From assembly GCA_029258885.1 (NCBI GenBank), contig JAPDJW010000002.1, positions 64,001 to 128,000 of the forward strand: DNA of 64,000 bases, given 5' to 3'. The position numbers and the translations under genes were made by a program. The notes beneath the pieces were generated by a model that had not been told where the DNA came from, did not search any database, and saw only the letters and a program-made list of their open reading frames with translations. This document shows, one piece after another, positions 55,988 to 64,000 of the stretch (positions are counted from its first letter, which is position 1; the number at the start of each line of letters is the position of its first letter). Origin of the DNA: Thermoproteota archaeon (GTDB lineage: Archaea; Thermoproteota; Thermoprotei; Thermofilales; B9-G17).

Positions 55988-56929
55988 ATGCTCATAGTAC
56001 TTACTGTGCTTTTGGCGCTATATATATCGTGGAGCATAGGATCTAATGACGAGACGATGGGTACCTTAGCTGGTTGTGGTTATATATCAATAGGTAGAGC
56101 TGTTCTAATAGGAGCGATAGCTGATGCGCTAGGTGCAATATTACTTGGGTATAGGGTTGAGGAGACTATAGGTAGAGGGTTAATTTCAGTTGACCTCACG
56201 TATTACGACATCTTTGTAATTATGGTGTCTATGGCTACATGGCTCATAATATCATCTGCTATGGGTATACCCATATCGACTACTCACTCCATAGTCGGGG
56301 CGGTGACAGGGCTAGGCGCATACAAGTATGGCTTGCAGAGCCTAAATCTTAAATCCCTAGTTAGGATTGCCGCAGGATGGATCTTATCTCCTTTAATAGG
56401 GGTAATTATGGCCTATTTTATGGAAAAGTTTGTCAGCATGTATTTAAAGCGTAGAGTGAGAGGGTTAATTGATAGACTAAGAGTGGGAAGGTTTTCGGGT
56501 CTAATGTTGCTAGTATGGACAACTTATACTTCTTTCTTTAGAGGCGCTAACGACATAGCAAATGCAACGTCCTTCATAAGTTTAATGTTCGATCCAATAC
56601 TTGCAAGAACCATATGCGGTATAGGCATGGCAGTAGGCGTTCTTACGCTTGGACGCCGTGTCGTAAGGACTGTTGGAGAGGAGCTTGTAGAACTAGATCC
56701 TGTATCGGCTTTAGCAGTACAGATTTCGGTAGCATCAACCTTATCAATAGGTACTATGCTAGGTCTGCCTCTTTCAGGATCGCAAATTTTAGTTGCAGCT
56801 ATAATAGGTATAGGGCTTGCAAGAGGAAGCTGGATAAATATTCAGGAGCTTAAACACATGATATTAACTTGGATAACTACTTTCCCTGGTGCAGCTATAC
56901 TAGCGATAGCCTTCGCCTATGTAATATGA
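55988..56929 (+). CDS. PiT-family inorganic phosphate transporter
   Basis: GSND, PISTTHSIVG, GANDIAN, GRRVVRTVG, GLPLS signature motifs. Confidence 0.9.
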   Translation: MLIVLTVLLALYISWSIGSNDETMGTLAGCGYISIGRAVLIGAIADALGAILLGYRVEETIGRGLISVDLTYYDIFVIMVSMATWLIISSAMGIPISTTHSIVGAVTGLGAYKYGLQSLNLKSLVRIAAGWILSPLIGVIMAYFMEKFVSMYLKRRVRGLIDRLRVGRFSGLMLLVWTTYTSFFRGANDIANATSFISLMFDPILARTICGIGMAVGVLTLGRRVVRTVGEELVELDPVSALAVQISVASTLSIGTMLGLPLSGSQILVAAIIGIGLARGSWINIQELKHMILTWITTFPGAAILAIAFAYVI

Positions 56930-56999
56930 ATAGTTTCCCTTTTACTCTCTAAGATTCGTAAATAATCTTTGGGCGAGATTACTACCAGTTTTAAATATA

Positions 57000-57677
57000 T
57001 CACCTTAGTGCTCTTATCACTATCGCTTTAATTACGTCAGAAACATCCTCGCATGCATCAGTTAAGTTTTCAATGGATTCTATGAGCTTTTCATATAATA
57101 TTAGCTCGCAACCATGCCTGCTACTCATATCTCCAAGCTTATGTAGGCATCTAACATAGAGTTCATCTACTAGCTCCTCTACTTCCTCAAGGTCGTGTGC
57201 TATCTTAATTACGTCCTCAAAATCCTTCTTCATTATAGCTATCTCCGAGTAAAGGAGGCCTGAACATTTCAAGGTTAATTTAATCATTCTCGAAATTAAT
57301 TCCTTCATCTCATCATCAAGCCTAGATAGCTCGATTATTTTCAGTATTCTAGAGGCTTCCTTAGCCCAATCGGCTATCATATCCATCTTCTCGGTTAATC
57401 TTACGAAGTCCTCACGACTCAGGGGTGGAACAACCCCCTTAGCAATATTCGAGACTATTTCTCTCCTAATGGCGTCAGCCTCCTCCTCCCTCCTCATAAC
57501 TAAGCTAATCTTTTCATCCGAGCATAATTTCTCTCCTTTAATGGAACATTCAATAGCTTGGCTTAGATACTCAACAGCCTTACAGCACATTTCAGCGTGA
57601 CTCAAAACCTTCTCTAAAAGCTCTTCTTCAGGAGACTTCAAAATCCGCTTAAATATTCCGCTCAAAGTAGCACCCAA
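57000..57677 (-). CDS. DUF47/PhoU-like phosphate transport regulator
   Basis: EEEADAIRR..PLSRED..DMIAD; EELVD..LTDACED; adjacent to the PiT gene. Confidence 0.9.
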   Translation of the reverse strand: MGATLSGIFKRILKSPEEELLEKVLSHAEMCCKAVEYLSQAIECSIKGEKLCSDEKISLVMRREEEADAIRREIVSNIAKGVVPPLSREDFVRLTEKMDMIADWAKEASRILKIIELSRLDDEMKELISRMIKLTLKCSGLLYSEIAIMKKDFEDVIKIAHDLEEVEELVDELYVRCLHKLGDMSSRHGCELILYEKLIESIENLTDACEDVSDVIKAIVIRALR

Positions 57678-57725
57678 GTTAAAAACTTATAATACCCTAT
57701 ATTATAATGTTAAGGGGGGATTTTC

Positions 57726-58139
57726 ATGTCAGAAGACATAGTGGTAAAGGGTTATGTAGTTAAAAAAGATCTATTATACACGGATAAGCACTGCTGGGTG
57801 AAGATAGAGGATGGAAAGGCTAAGATAGGTATTACCGATTATGCTCAGAAAAAGCTCGGTGAAATAATGAATGTAGAGCTCCCATCTGTTGGAAGCGAGT
57901 TTAACTTGGGGGAAGCAGTTGCTACAGTGGAGGCTCTTAAAACGGTGGAGGATATCTACATGCCACTGTCTGGTAAAGTCATAGAGGTTAATGAAAGACT
58001 GAGTAGTGAACCAGAGCTACTAAATACGAGCCCGTATGAGGATGGATGGATTGCTACTATTGAGATAAAGGATGAATCTGAAGTTAAAAAGTTGCTTACT
58101 CCCGAAAAATACTCTGAGCTTATTGAGAAGGAGGAATAA
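57726..58139 (+). CDS. gcvH: Glycine cleavage system H (lipoyl carrier) protein
   Basis: YTDKHCW, IGITDYAQ..LG, VELP, TVEALK (lipoyl Lys), PLSGKVIEVN, NTSPYEDGW. Confidence 0.93.
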   Translation: MSEDIVVKGYVVKKDLLYTDKHCWVKIEDGKAKIGITDYAQKKLGEIMNVELPSVGSEFNLGEAVATVEALKTVEDIYMPLSGKVIEVNERLSSEPELLNTSPYEDGWIATIEIKDESEVKKLLTPEKYSELIEKEE

Positions 58140-59724
58140 CATTTTCTTCTATTTCTCTTCCGCAAAACGGGCATACAGTATATCCTTTAGGTAGGATAGC
58201 TCCGCAGTACTTACATTTTATTACGTTTGGTGGCAGTTCTTCCTCAGGTACCTTTCTTGCCTCAAGGGATTTTAGAAAGAATAGCACGAATGCTAGAACG
58301 GTAAATACTAGCACTATTACGCCCGCTATAATCAGGTAGACGTACACCGTATCCCCCCTATGAAGTAGTGTCGGCGAGAGCTTAAAGCCCCACGAAACAA
58401 AGGTATCTACTAAGTTTTCTCCAGCTGCCTTACTCAGCAACTCAACTACCTTGCTAGTTGTCTCTATTCTCGTGCCCGAGGAAGTTTCCTGTTTAGCGTA
58501 TATGGCGAATCGCCTTATGAAGTCCAGCTCCCCATACTTTGAAGCTAGCTTATAAATGATGTAGAAGGATACCAAGTATCCATATCCTTTATCGAGGAGT
58601 TGATCCCAGTTTTGAACTATACCGAAGTTGCTCGAGTCCAGCGACTCCACTTGGCTAATTCTTGCCTGCATGCTTGCAGTAATATTTCCTTTAACATTCT
58701 TATCGCCTATTTCGATGGCAACAATCATTCCAACGTACTCAGCAACACCCTCATGGAACCATCTAGTATTGCTTGTAGCGGACACACCTACTCTTCCCAA
58801 CATGACATGGACGAGCTCATGTATAGCAGTATGTTCAAGCATTCCGGATACATACCTTATAAGGGCGAGATTCAGGTGAACAACCGTAGGAATCCCCTCA
58901 CCTATATCCGCCGCCATAACGTATCCATAGGTCTCGGGGAATCTCTTAGGCAGAAAGAGTGTCACGTTAATCCATGGTAGAGTAACGTTAAATATCTCAA
59001 CAAGCCTAGGGTAGGCACGCCTATATATGTCAATTATTTTCCTAGAGAAGTTCACGTAGTATATCGGCGTTAAAACCTTAACTATTGTTTCCTCGTTAAT
59101 AGGCTCAACTACCTCCGTCTCCGGTGTTTGAGTGGAAGTCTCATATACTATAATGACTCTCCCACCGATCCTAGGGGAAGGAAACTTATAGTGTAGTCCG
59201 CTCGCATTTTTACCAAGCTTTACTAGATCCATATAGCCATAGCCATACACATATGCTATTTCATCAGTAATTTTGTTATAATCCATCTTAATGCTAATAT
59301 AATAGTCGCCCCTTCCTATGACCACGCTTGGACTCATAAACCATCCTTCTCTCTTAACTAGAAGAGAAGCATGTTCAAAGAAGAAGCTAATATTAAGTTT
59401 AAATACTCCATTAGCTCTATATTTAAACGAAATGTTATAGTAAAATGGGTTATAGCTTTGCTCTACGTTCCATTCAATAAGATCTCCCTCTATGACTTCT
59501 TTTTTATAATTTAATGGAACCTGTATAGTATTTTCACCTATACCTATTCCTTTAGCCATAAAAATTATTTGAACATTTGCACTTCCATTCTCATTTACCA
59601 GTATTTTCATATGACATATTTCCCTACTAATTGATGCTCTGGTACTATGAATACCACAAGAAGTTACTAGGATAAGTAATACTACAATTAGGATACTTTC
59701 AATTCTTTTCATAGATGCTTTCAC
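58120..59724 (-). CDS. Secreted, membrane-anchored gluzincin metallopeptidase with cytoplasmic zinc ribbon
   Basis: Signal peptide; HELVH..WFHEGVAEY; TM; CKYCG..CPFCG. Confidence 0.85.
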   Translation of the reverse strand: MKASMKRIESILIVVLLILVTSCGIHSTRASISREICHMKILVNENGSANVQIIFMAKGIGIGENTIQVPLNYKKEVIEGDLIEWNVEQSYNPFYYNISFKYRANGVFKLNISFFFEHASLLVKREGWFMSPSVVIGRGDYYISIKMDYNKITDEIAYVYGYGYMDLVKLGKNASGLHYKFPSPRIGGRVIIVYETSTQTPETEVVEPINEETIVKVLTPIYYVNFSRKIIDIYRRAYPRLVEIFNVTLPWINVTLFLPKRFPETYGYVMAADIGEGIPTVVHLNLALIRYVSGMLEHTAIHELVHVMLGRVGVSATSNTRWFHEGVAEYVGMIVAIEIGDKNVKGNITASMQARISQVESLDSSNFGIVQNWDQLLDKGYGYLVSFYIIYKLASKYGELDFIRRFAIYAKQETSSGTRIETTSKVVELLSKAAGENLVDTFVSWGFKLSPTLLHRGDTVYVYLIIAGVIVLVFTVLAFVLFFLKSLEARKVPEEELPPNVIKCKYCGAILPKGYTVCPFCGREIEENVIPPSQ

Positions 59725-59774
59725 CTCATATGCTTACATGAGTCAATATAATAGGGCGGAAGGTATTTAATAAC

Positions 59775-60170
59775 TTACCTTTTTAACCTTATAGTTCTAA
59801 TATACTCGGCTGGAATATCTATGTCATAAATTCTTTTCACATTTCTTTGAATCCATTTAGCTCCCTTCTTATTCTTCTTGTATTTTAAAATATATTCATA
59901 TACCTCCTCAGGTATCCCAGGTATCTTATCGCTGTAACATGTACATGACATTAAGAATTTAGTGAACTTTTTCTCACTAGAAGCAAGGACAACTACTTCA
60001 TCTACCACATATATATGTACTTTACTATTTCCCAAAACCCTTAAGGTTTGAGGCGGTAACTGAATTCTATACGCAATATATTTACCTTTCAGTAATGTTT
60101 TGAGCAGTTTTCTTACTCCTATATATTCGATCTTCATGTTCACACCAGAATCTAAAAGAGATATATTCAT
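59775..60170 (-). CDS. Hypothetical protein, possible AbrB/SpoVT-like N-terminus
   Basis: RKL..GKY..YRIQLPP..LRVLG pattern; probable start at the second Met. Confidence 0.55.
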   Translation of the reverse strand: MNISLLDSGVNMKIEYIGVRKLLKTLLKGKYIAYRIQLPPQTLRVLGNSKVHIYVVDEVVVLASSEKKFTKFLMSCTCYSDKIPGIPEEVYEYILKYKKNKKGAKWIQRNVKRIYDIDIPAEYIRTIRLKR

Positions 60171-60374
60171 AAATTACAGTTAATATAAAAATTTATCCCT
60201 ATTACATCATTGTATAATATTATTTGAAGGAGTGATGTTTTTATAATAATGTAAAAATAAGCATCGATTTCTATAATAATTATTGAAATAAAATAATAAA
60301 TACTAATTAATTCAAAGTAACTATTTTTCAAAAATAAAATAATTATTCGCTCTTGTTTTAAACTACATGACCTA

Positions 60375-60550
60375 TCACCTCTAGTAGTCAGTGGCATAGG
60401 TAGCGTTAGAGGTATGGCTTGTTTGGTGCTTTGCCGTTTTGTCTATTTTGCTGATTTGCAGTATGGGCATTTTATGCTGTTGAGCCAGCGGTGTTTTCGG
60501 AGCATCTCTATTATTTGTTCATCTGTGAGGGTTAGCTTAAGCTTAACCGA
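60375..60550 (-). pseudogene. Remnant of an IS1595/IS1-like transposase N-terminal zinc ribbon
   Basis: Minus strand reads TDEQIIEMLRKHRWLNSIKCPYCKSAK, then after frameshifts NGKAPNKPYL*RYLCH. Confidence 0.6.
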
Positions 60551-60646
60551 TTTATATGCTATAAATGCATTACAACATTAAATCATTTAACCTAAAAACA
60601 AGAGCGTAATTATTTTACAAAATTTTTAGCTTTTAATGATATATTA

Positions 60647-60940
60647 TTAATCTTTATCGGTATTAACCGAACTTTTACCTATTTTCTCAATTTTCTCGTT
60701 TAATGCTTTTATTGCTTGAAAAATGACCTGAAATTTAACATCAACCTCGCTTTCCAGCGCATCTATTCTTTTTTCGATAAGACTTATTCTCTCCTCAATA
60801 TCTTCTCTAATGACAACATTAAGTGTTTTAATTTCGCGTATCTGATAATCTATTCTACGTAGTTGGGCATCCATCTTCATTTTAATATTATATATCATTG
60901 CTCTAATGCTATTAAGCTCTCTAGCCATTTTCTCGCTCAA
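60647..60940 (-). CDS. Coiled-coil hypothetical protein
   Basis: Heptad pattern over most of 97 aa; GTAGG RBS. Confidence 0.65.
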   Translation of the reverse strand: MSEKMARELNSIRAMIYNIKMKMDAQLRRIDYQIREIKTLNVVIREDIEERISLIEKRIDALESEVDVKFQVIFQAIKALNEKIEKIGKSSVNTDKD

Positions 60941-61273
60941 CGCCTACACCTACATTTTTATAAAAGCTTTCGCTTTTAGTTATGGATGCACTGTTTAGAA
61001 GATCTTTATAGGTGTCCTGATGCAATAAAGTTTTTATACATATTTTCTCTTTAACTAACGTGTCTATACAGCCCTTTTTATTAATCATTTCCTAATCACT
61101 GTAATACTTTAAGGGTTTCCCTCTTTTATCCTTTATGTGTAAATATTATGTAAAAATATCGGGATATCCGAATATAAAAAACGTGAGGCTATTTTCTTTG
61201 AGAACATTAGTTGAAATGACCTAATAGAAGAGAATTTAAATATGTACACATTATCACGTATGAGGCGTCCCAT

Positions 61274-62416
61274 ATGATGTATAAGGAAATACCTTTCATG
61301 CATTGGGGAATTATCAACAAGTATAATTTCTCTGACGATAAGATTGATCAAATTCCTATTAAAGTGTTTGATCCTCTTCTAACTCACAGGTATAGCATCT
61401 ACGGAACCGCTGGACATTTCAGCTACATAAGCCCAGTAAGAGGCTATAGGCCTAAGGGAGTAAGCGTTGAGAAGAGGAAAAGGAGCGATGTTTTTCATAA
61501 AATAATTGAAGGTCAGGATTGGGCAATCTACATCACGTTAGATGACAACTTAAAGAGTAGTCCATTCGAGAAGACGCCATACATGTTTTGTTCCGAAAAA
61601 TATAGGGCGGCAACGATAATAAACAGGTTCCCTTCATATGTAAGGATAATCGATGATGAAGTACTCGAGAGGATTAAGCGTATAGATGACAAAATAGCCG
61701 GATCCATATCTAGGGGGATAAACCTCGTCACCTTCCCGATAAAGTACTGTGAAAGCGTATCAGAAATAGATAGTAACGATCTATTCTGGATAATAAGATC
61801 CATGAATGCCGCTATATCTTATTCGATAAAGGAGGCAAACAGGATAGGATACGGCAGAATAGTCGTCTATCCATTCTTCAACATAGGTCCACTAGCTGGA
61901 GGTAGTCAGCCTAGGCTCCATTCCCAGGTATACATGGATCTAAACAGTGACGGGCATGGACTCCTAATGGATATAGCTCTCACCGTATTTAGGAGCGGCG
62001 GAGAACAGTGCCCACTCTGTGAGAATCTCGAGGAGGATGTCATAATTTACCAAAATGATACCTGGACTCTATGGGCCGCTAGAGCCCCCAAAAGGAACTT
62101 TCAATTAAGGTTCGCACCAAAGAGACATGTGGAATACATAACCGATCTAAGCTTAAAGGAAATACGTGGATTGGCAGATATATTGATTAGATCAAATAAG
62201 GCGCTGGACGCTTTAGGAGTTAACGAAAACAGGAATATCATATTCTACACCAAGCCAATAGGCTACGGCTTCAACTTCCATCTCTTCGGCGAAATACTGC
62301 CGTGGGAGAATATAGGAGGAGTAGAGCTACTAGATACCTGTAGAGTCGTTAGAGTATCACCGCGCAGCGTAGCAAGTATGGTGAGAGAGCAAATAGGGAA
62401 AGAAACTAAACTATAA
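61274..62416 (+). CDS. GalT/HIT-superfamily nucleotidyltransferase-like protein
   Basis: FFNIGPLAGGSQPRLHSQ; CPLC; FAPKRH; FHLFGEILP; GGVEL. Confidence 0.7.
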   Translation: MMYKEIPFMHWGIINKYNFSDDKIDQIPIKVFDPLLTHRYSIYGTAGHFSYISPVRGYRPKGVSVEKRKRSDVFHKIIEGQDWAIYITLDDNLKSSPFEKTPYMFCSEKYRAATIINRFPSYVRIIDDEVLERIKRIDDKIAGSISRGINLVTFPIKYCESVSEIDSNDLFWIIRSMNAAISYSIKEANRIGYGRIVVYPFFNIGPLAGGSQPRLHSQVYMDLNSDGHGLLMDIALTVFRSGGEQCPLCENLEEDVIIYQNDTWTLWAARAPKRNFQLRFAPKRHVEYITDLSLKEIRGLADILIRSNKALDALGVNENRNIIFYTKPIGYGFNFHLFGEILPWENIGGVELLDTCRVVRVSPRSVASMVREQIGKETKL

Positions 62417-62933
62417 GTTTCACAATTTCCATGGGAAGCACATCTCTGTTGCTAAGGGTTAGCTCGAATATCCTAACTTCCGGAAGTCTCTTCAACCTCC
62501 TACAGAATTCGTATCTATCGGCCCTTATGTGTATAGTAGCCAAGACAGTTTTCTCGGAGGTGAACGCTTTCCATACAGCATCCTTAAATTTCGCCGAGAA
62601 AAGCTCCATCGGACCTATCTCGTCAATTACAACAACCTGACATTTCTCTAAGGCATTAATTATAGATGAAACGCCCACGGTCTCCAGATCGCTCAGGTTT
62701 ACCGTGTATTTTCCCACCCTAGGTCCGGAACCCCGACCAGCCCATGCAAGTATACCCCTTCTACCGGAGCCTACATCAATTATCTCGAAGCCTACTCTAA
62801 CGCCTCCCCTCCTAACCTCTCGCGTAATCATCCCACCTACACTTACTCCCCTTTCCTTCAGCATCTCGGAGACCTTTAACACAAGTGTGGTTTTACCTAT
62901 CCCGGGTCTGCCGGTAACAAGAATCTTAGCCAT
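62406..62933 (-). CDS. NTPase (THEP1/NTPase_1 family)
   Basis: TGRPGIGKTT, RVGF, RVGKY, VIDEIGPME. Confidence 0.93.
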   Translation of the reverse strand: MAKILVTGRPGIGKTTLVLKVSEMLKERGVSVGGMITREVRRGGVRVGFEIIDVGSGRRGILAWAGRGSGPRVGKYTVNLSDLETVGVSSIINALEKCQVVVIDEIGPMELFSAKFKDAVWKAFTSEKTVLATIHIRADRYEFCRRLKRLPEVRIFELTLSNRDVLPMEIVKLIV

Positions 62934-62941
62934 GGTAACAC

Positions 62942-63388
62942 CTATTGCTCGAATTGATCTAAAGGGACAGTGTACTTATATAGTGAACGTGAAACATAAA
63001 TAGGTGACCCGAACCTTAAGGCGAGAGCTATAGAGTCTGATGGTCTAGAATCAACATACCATCGTCTTTCTTTCATGGTCCTCTCGTCTTTAAGTACGAT
63101 AGTCGATGTATAAATGCCACCAATTATGCCATCAATCGTAATTCTCTCTATTTTAACGCCGATTGTATGAAGGATGGATACAATTAAGTCGTGCGTAAGC
63201 GGGCGTTCGAGTTCAACGTTTTCTAAAACAGCTTGAATGGACATGGCTTCGGGAATGCCTATAAATATAGGCAGAACTTTATCCTTCCACTCGTCAGAAC
63301 TCAGTAGCACCACATGGCTAATTCCAACCTGAGTTAAAACTCTATATACTCCAATTACTTTGGCTTCTACATAGTCCTCTGTAATTAT
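62942..63388 (-). CDS. Bifunctional nuclease family protein (DUF151); 5' end extended to a putative non-canonical start
   Basis: LPIFIG..EA..I, RPLTHDL, DSRPSDSIALA; in-frame YVEAKVIGVY lies upstream of the GTG at 63313. Confidence 0.85.
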   Translation of the reverse strand: MITEDYVEAKVIGVYRVLTQVGISHVVLLSSDEWKDKVLPIFIGIPEAMSIQAVLENVELERPLTHDLIVSILHTIGVKIERITIDGIIGGIYTSTIVLKDERTMKERRWYVDSRPSDSIALALRFGSPIYVSRSLYKYTVPLDQFEQ

Positions 63389-63473
63389 ATCAGCCTCCCT
63401 CCTAACATAACCTAACTAGTATTTAAATATCTCTATCAATTATTAAAAAACTATTATCTGAAGTAATGTTCTA

Positions 63474-63998
63474 CTAAATTTGGTTCACTTTTTCCATATT
63501 TTTATCTAACTTAATTTCCAAGAATTTGCAGATAGGGCAGTACTTATTGCAGATTAAGCATCCCGTACATTTGTCGGAGTTAAAGATTAAACCCCTATCA
63601 TCTATTCTTAGAGCACCAGATGGACACCAGTTAGTACAGAGTCCGCATGAAATACATAGCGTGGATCTCACTATCAACCTTAACACGTCAATGGCGAGCT
63701 CATCCGTTTCACTAGAACACACCGTATAACGCCGATCCCTTAGGTCTATCACTATACTGGCATCCCTCCTATCGATCCTCAAGAAATCTCCGTCGATGGT
63801 AGCCCTACCGAGCATTGGAAGAAATGCGTATGAAAGTCTATCAGAGTTGATCCGGAACCTGTATGTAGAGCATCCCTCCCCCTCCTCTACCTTGGACAGC
63901 GTAACTCTAACTCCTCTATCATAGCCCATTAGCCTATTATCGATCCTAAGCTCCCTTGAAATATCGCCGGGAATTCTCCTCCATCTCCATAAACCATA
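63474..63998 (-). CDS. 3' part of a PAPS-reductase-family protein with C-terminal 2x[4Fe-4S] ferredoxin domain (starts beyond the window)
   Basis: Frame open to the window edge (YGLWRWRRIPG); CISCGLCTNWCP and CTGCLICNKYCP. Confidence 0.75.
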   Translation of the reverse strand, partial: YGLWRWRRIPGDISRELRIDNRLMGYDRGVRVTLSKVEEGEGCSTYRFRINSDRLSYAFLPMLGRATIDGDFLRIDRRDASIVIDLRDRRYTVCSSETDELAIDVLRLIVRSTLCISCGLCTNWCPSGALRIDDRGLIFNSDKCTGCLICNKYCPICKFLEIKLDKNMEKVNQI

Positions 63999-64000
63999 GC

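Noticed and set aside
60167-60397. 76-aa ORF in the track
   Set aside because: Low-complexity I/Y/F translation of AT-rich DNA that starts inside the transposase remnant; likely spurious
528-63729. Many short ORFs in the track lying antisense or out of frame within long genes (e.g. 528-905, 2389-2706, 14501-14860, 42798-43175, 58600-58980)
   Set aside because: They are shadows of well-supported genes, with no motifs or RBS
1-64000. CRISPR array, rRNA or tRNA genes
   Set aside because: No regularly spaced 24-40 bp repeats and no GC-rich cloverleaf or rRNA-like stretch seen; almost all space is protein-coding

Overview
Gene-dense archaeal DNA, most likely Thermoproteota/TACK-type (inferred from GGTGA/GAGG ribosome-binding sites, frequent TTG/GTG starts, TATA/BRE promoters and class III signal peptides). 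I found no rRNA, tRNA or CRISPR array. Layout: (1) 0.4-6.5 kb, a polar amino-acid ABC transporter, two radical SAM enzymes and a tandem pair of unknown paralogs. (2) 8.5-26.7 kb, an ~18 kb putative glycan-foraging locus. It encodes a TrmB regulator, two membrane-anchored (alpha/alpha)6 glycosidase-like proteins, two stalked surface proteins plus a 'headless' stalk protein, two OPT-like membrane proteins, a 1471-aa FtsX/MacB-type permease with an apparently inactive M28 (nicastrin-like) ectodomain, and a GH130. No ABC ATPase lies in the locus. (3) A decayed 773-bp IS6-family element with 16-bp terminal inverted repeats, and a deacetylase. (4) 29.1-52.9 kb, an ~24 kb type IV pilus region with 12 pilin-like genes, TadC and an intein-containing TadA/VirB11 ATPase ending in a winged-helix domain. 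It also holds an MglA/MglB-like small GTPase + Roadblock + membrane-anchored Roadblock module, and a PMT-like glycosyltransferase coupled to a major pilin that has no N-glycosylation sequon. (5) 53-64 kb, MNT/HEPN toxin-antitoxin genes (HEPN frameshifted just before its RX4H motif), housekeeping genes, a PRC-barrel protein with a perfect 97-bp duplication, an unannotated transposase remnant and a gene that appears to need a non-canonical start codon. Family assignments come from motif recognition only; no database searches were run.
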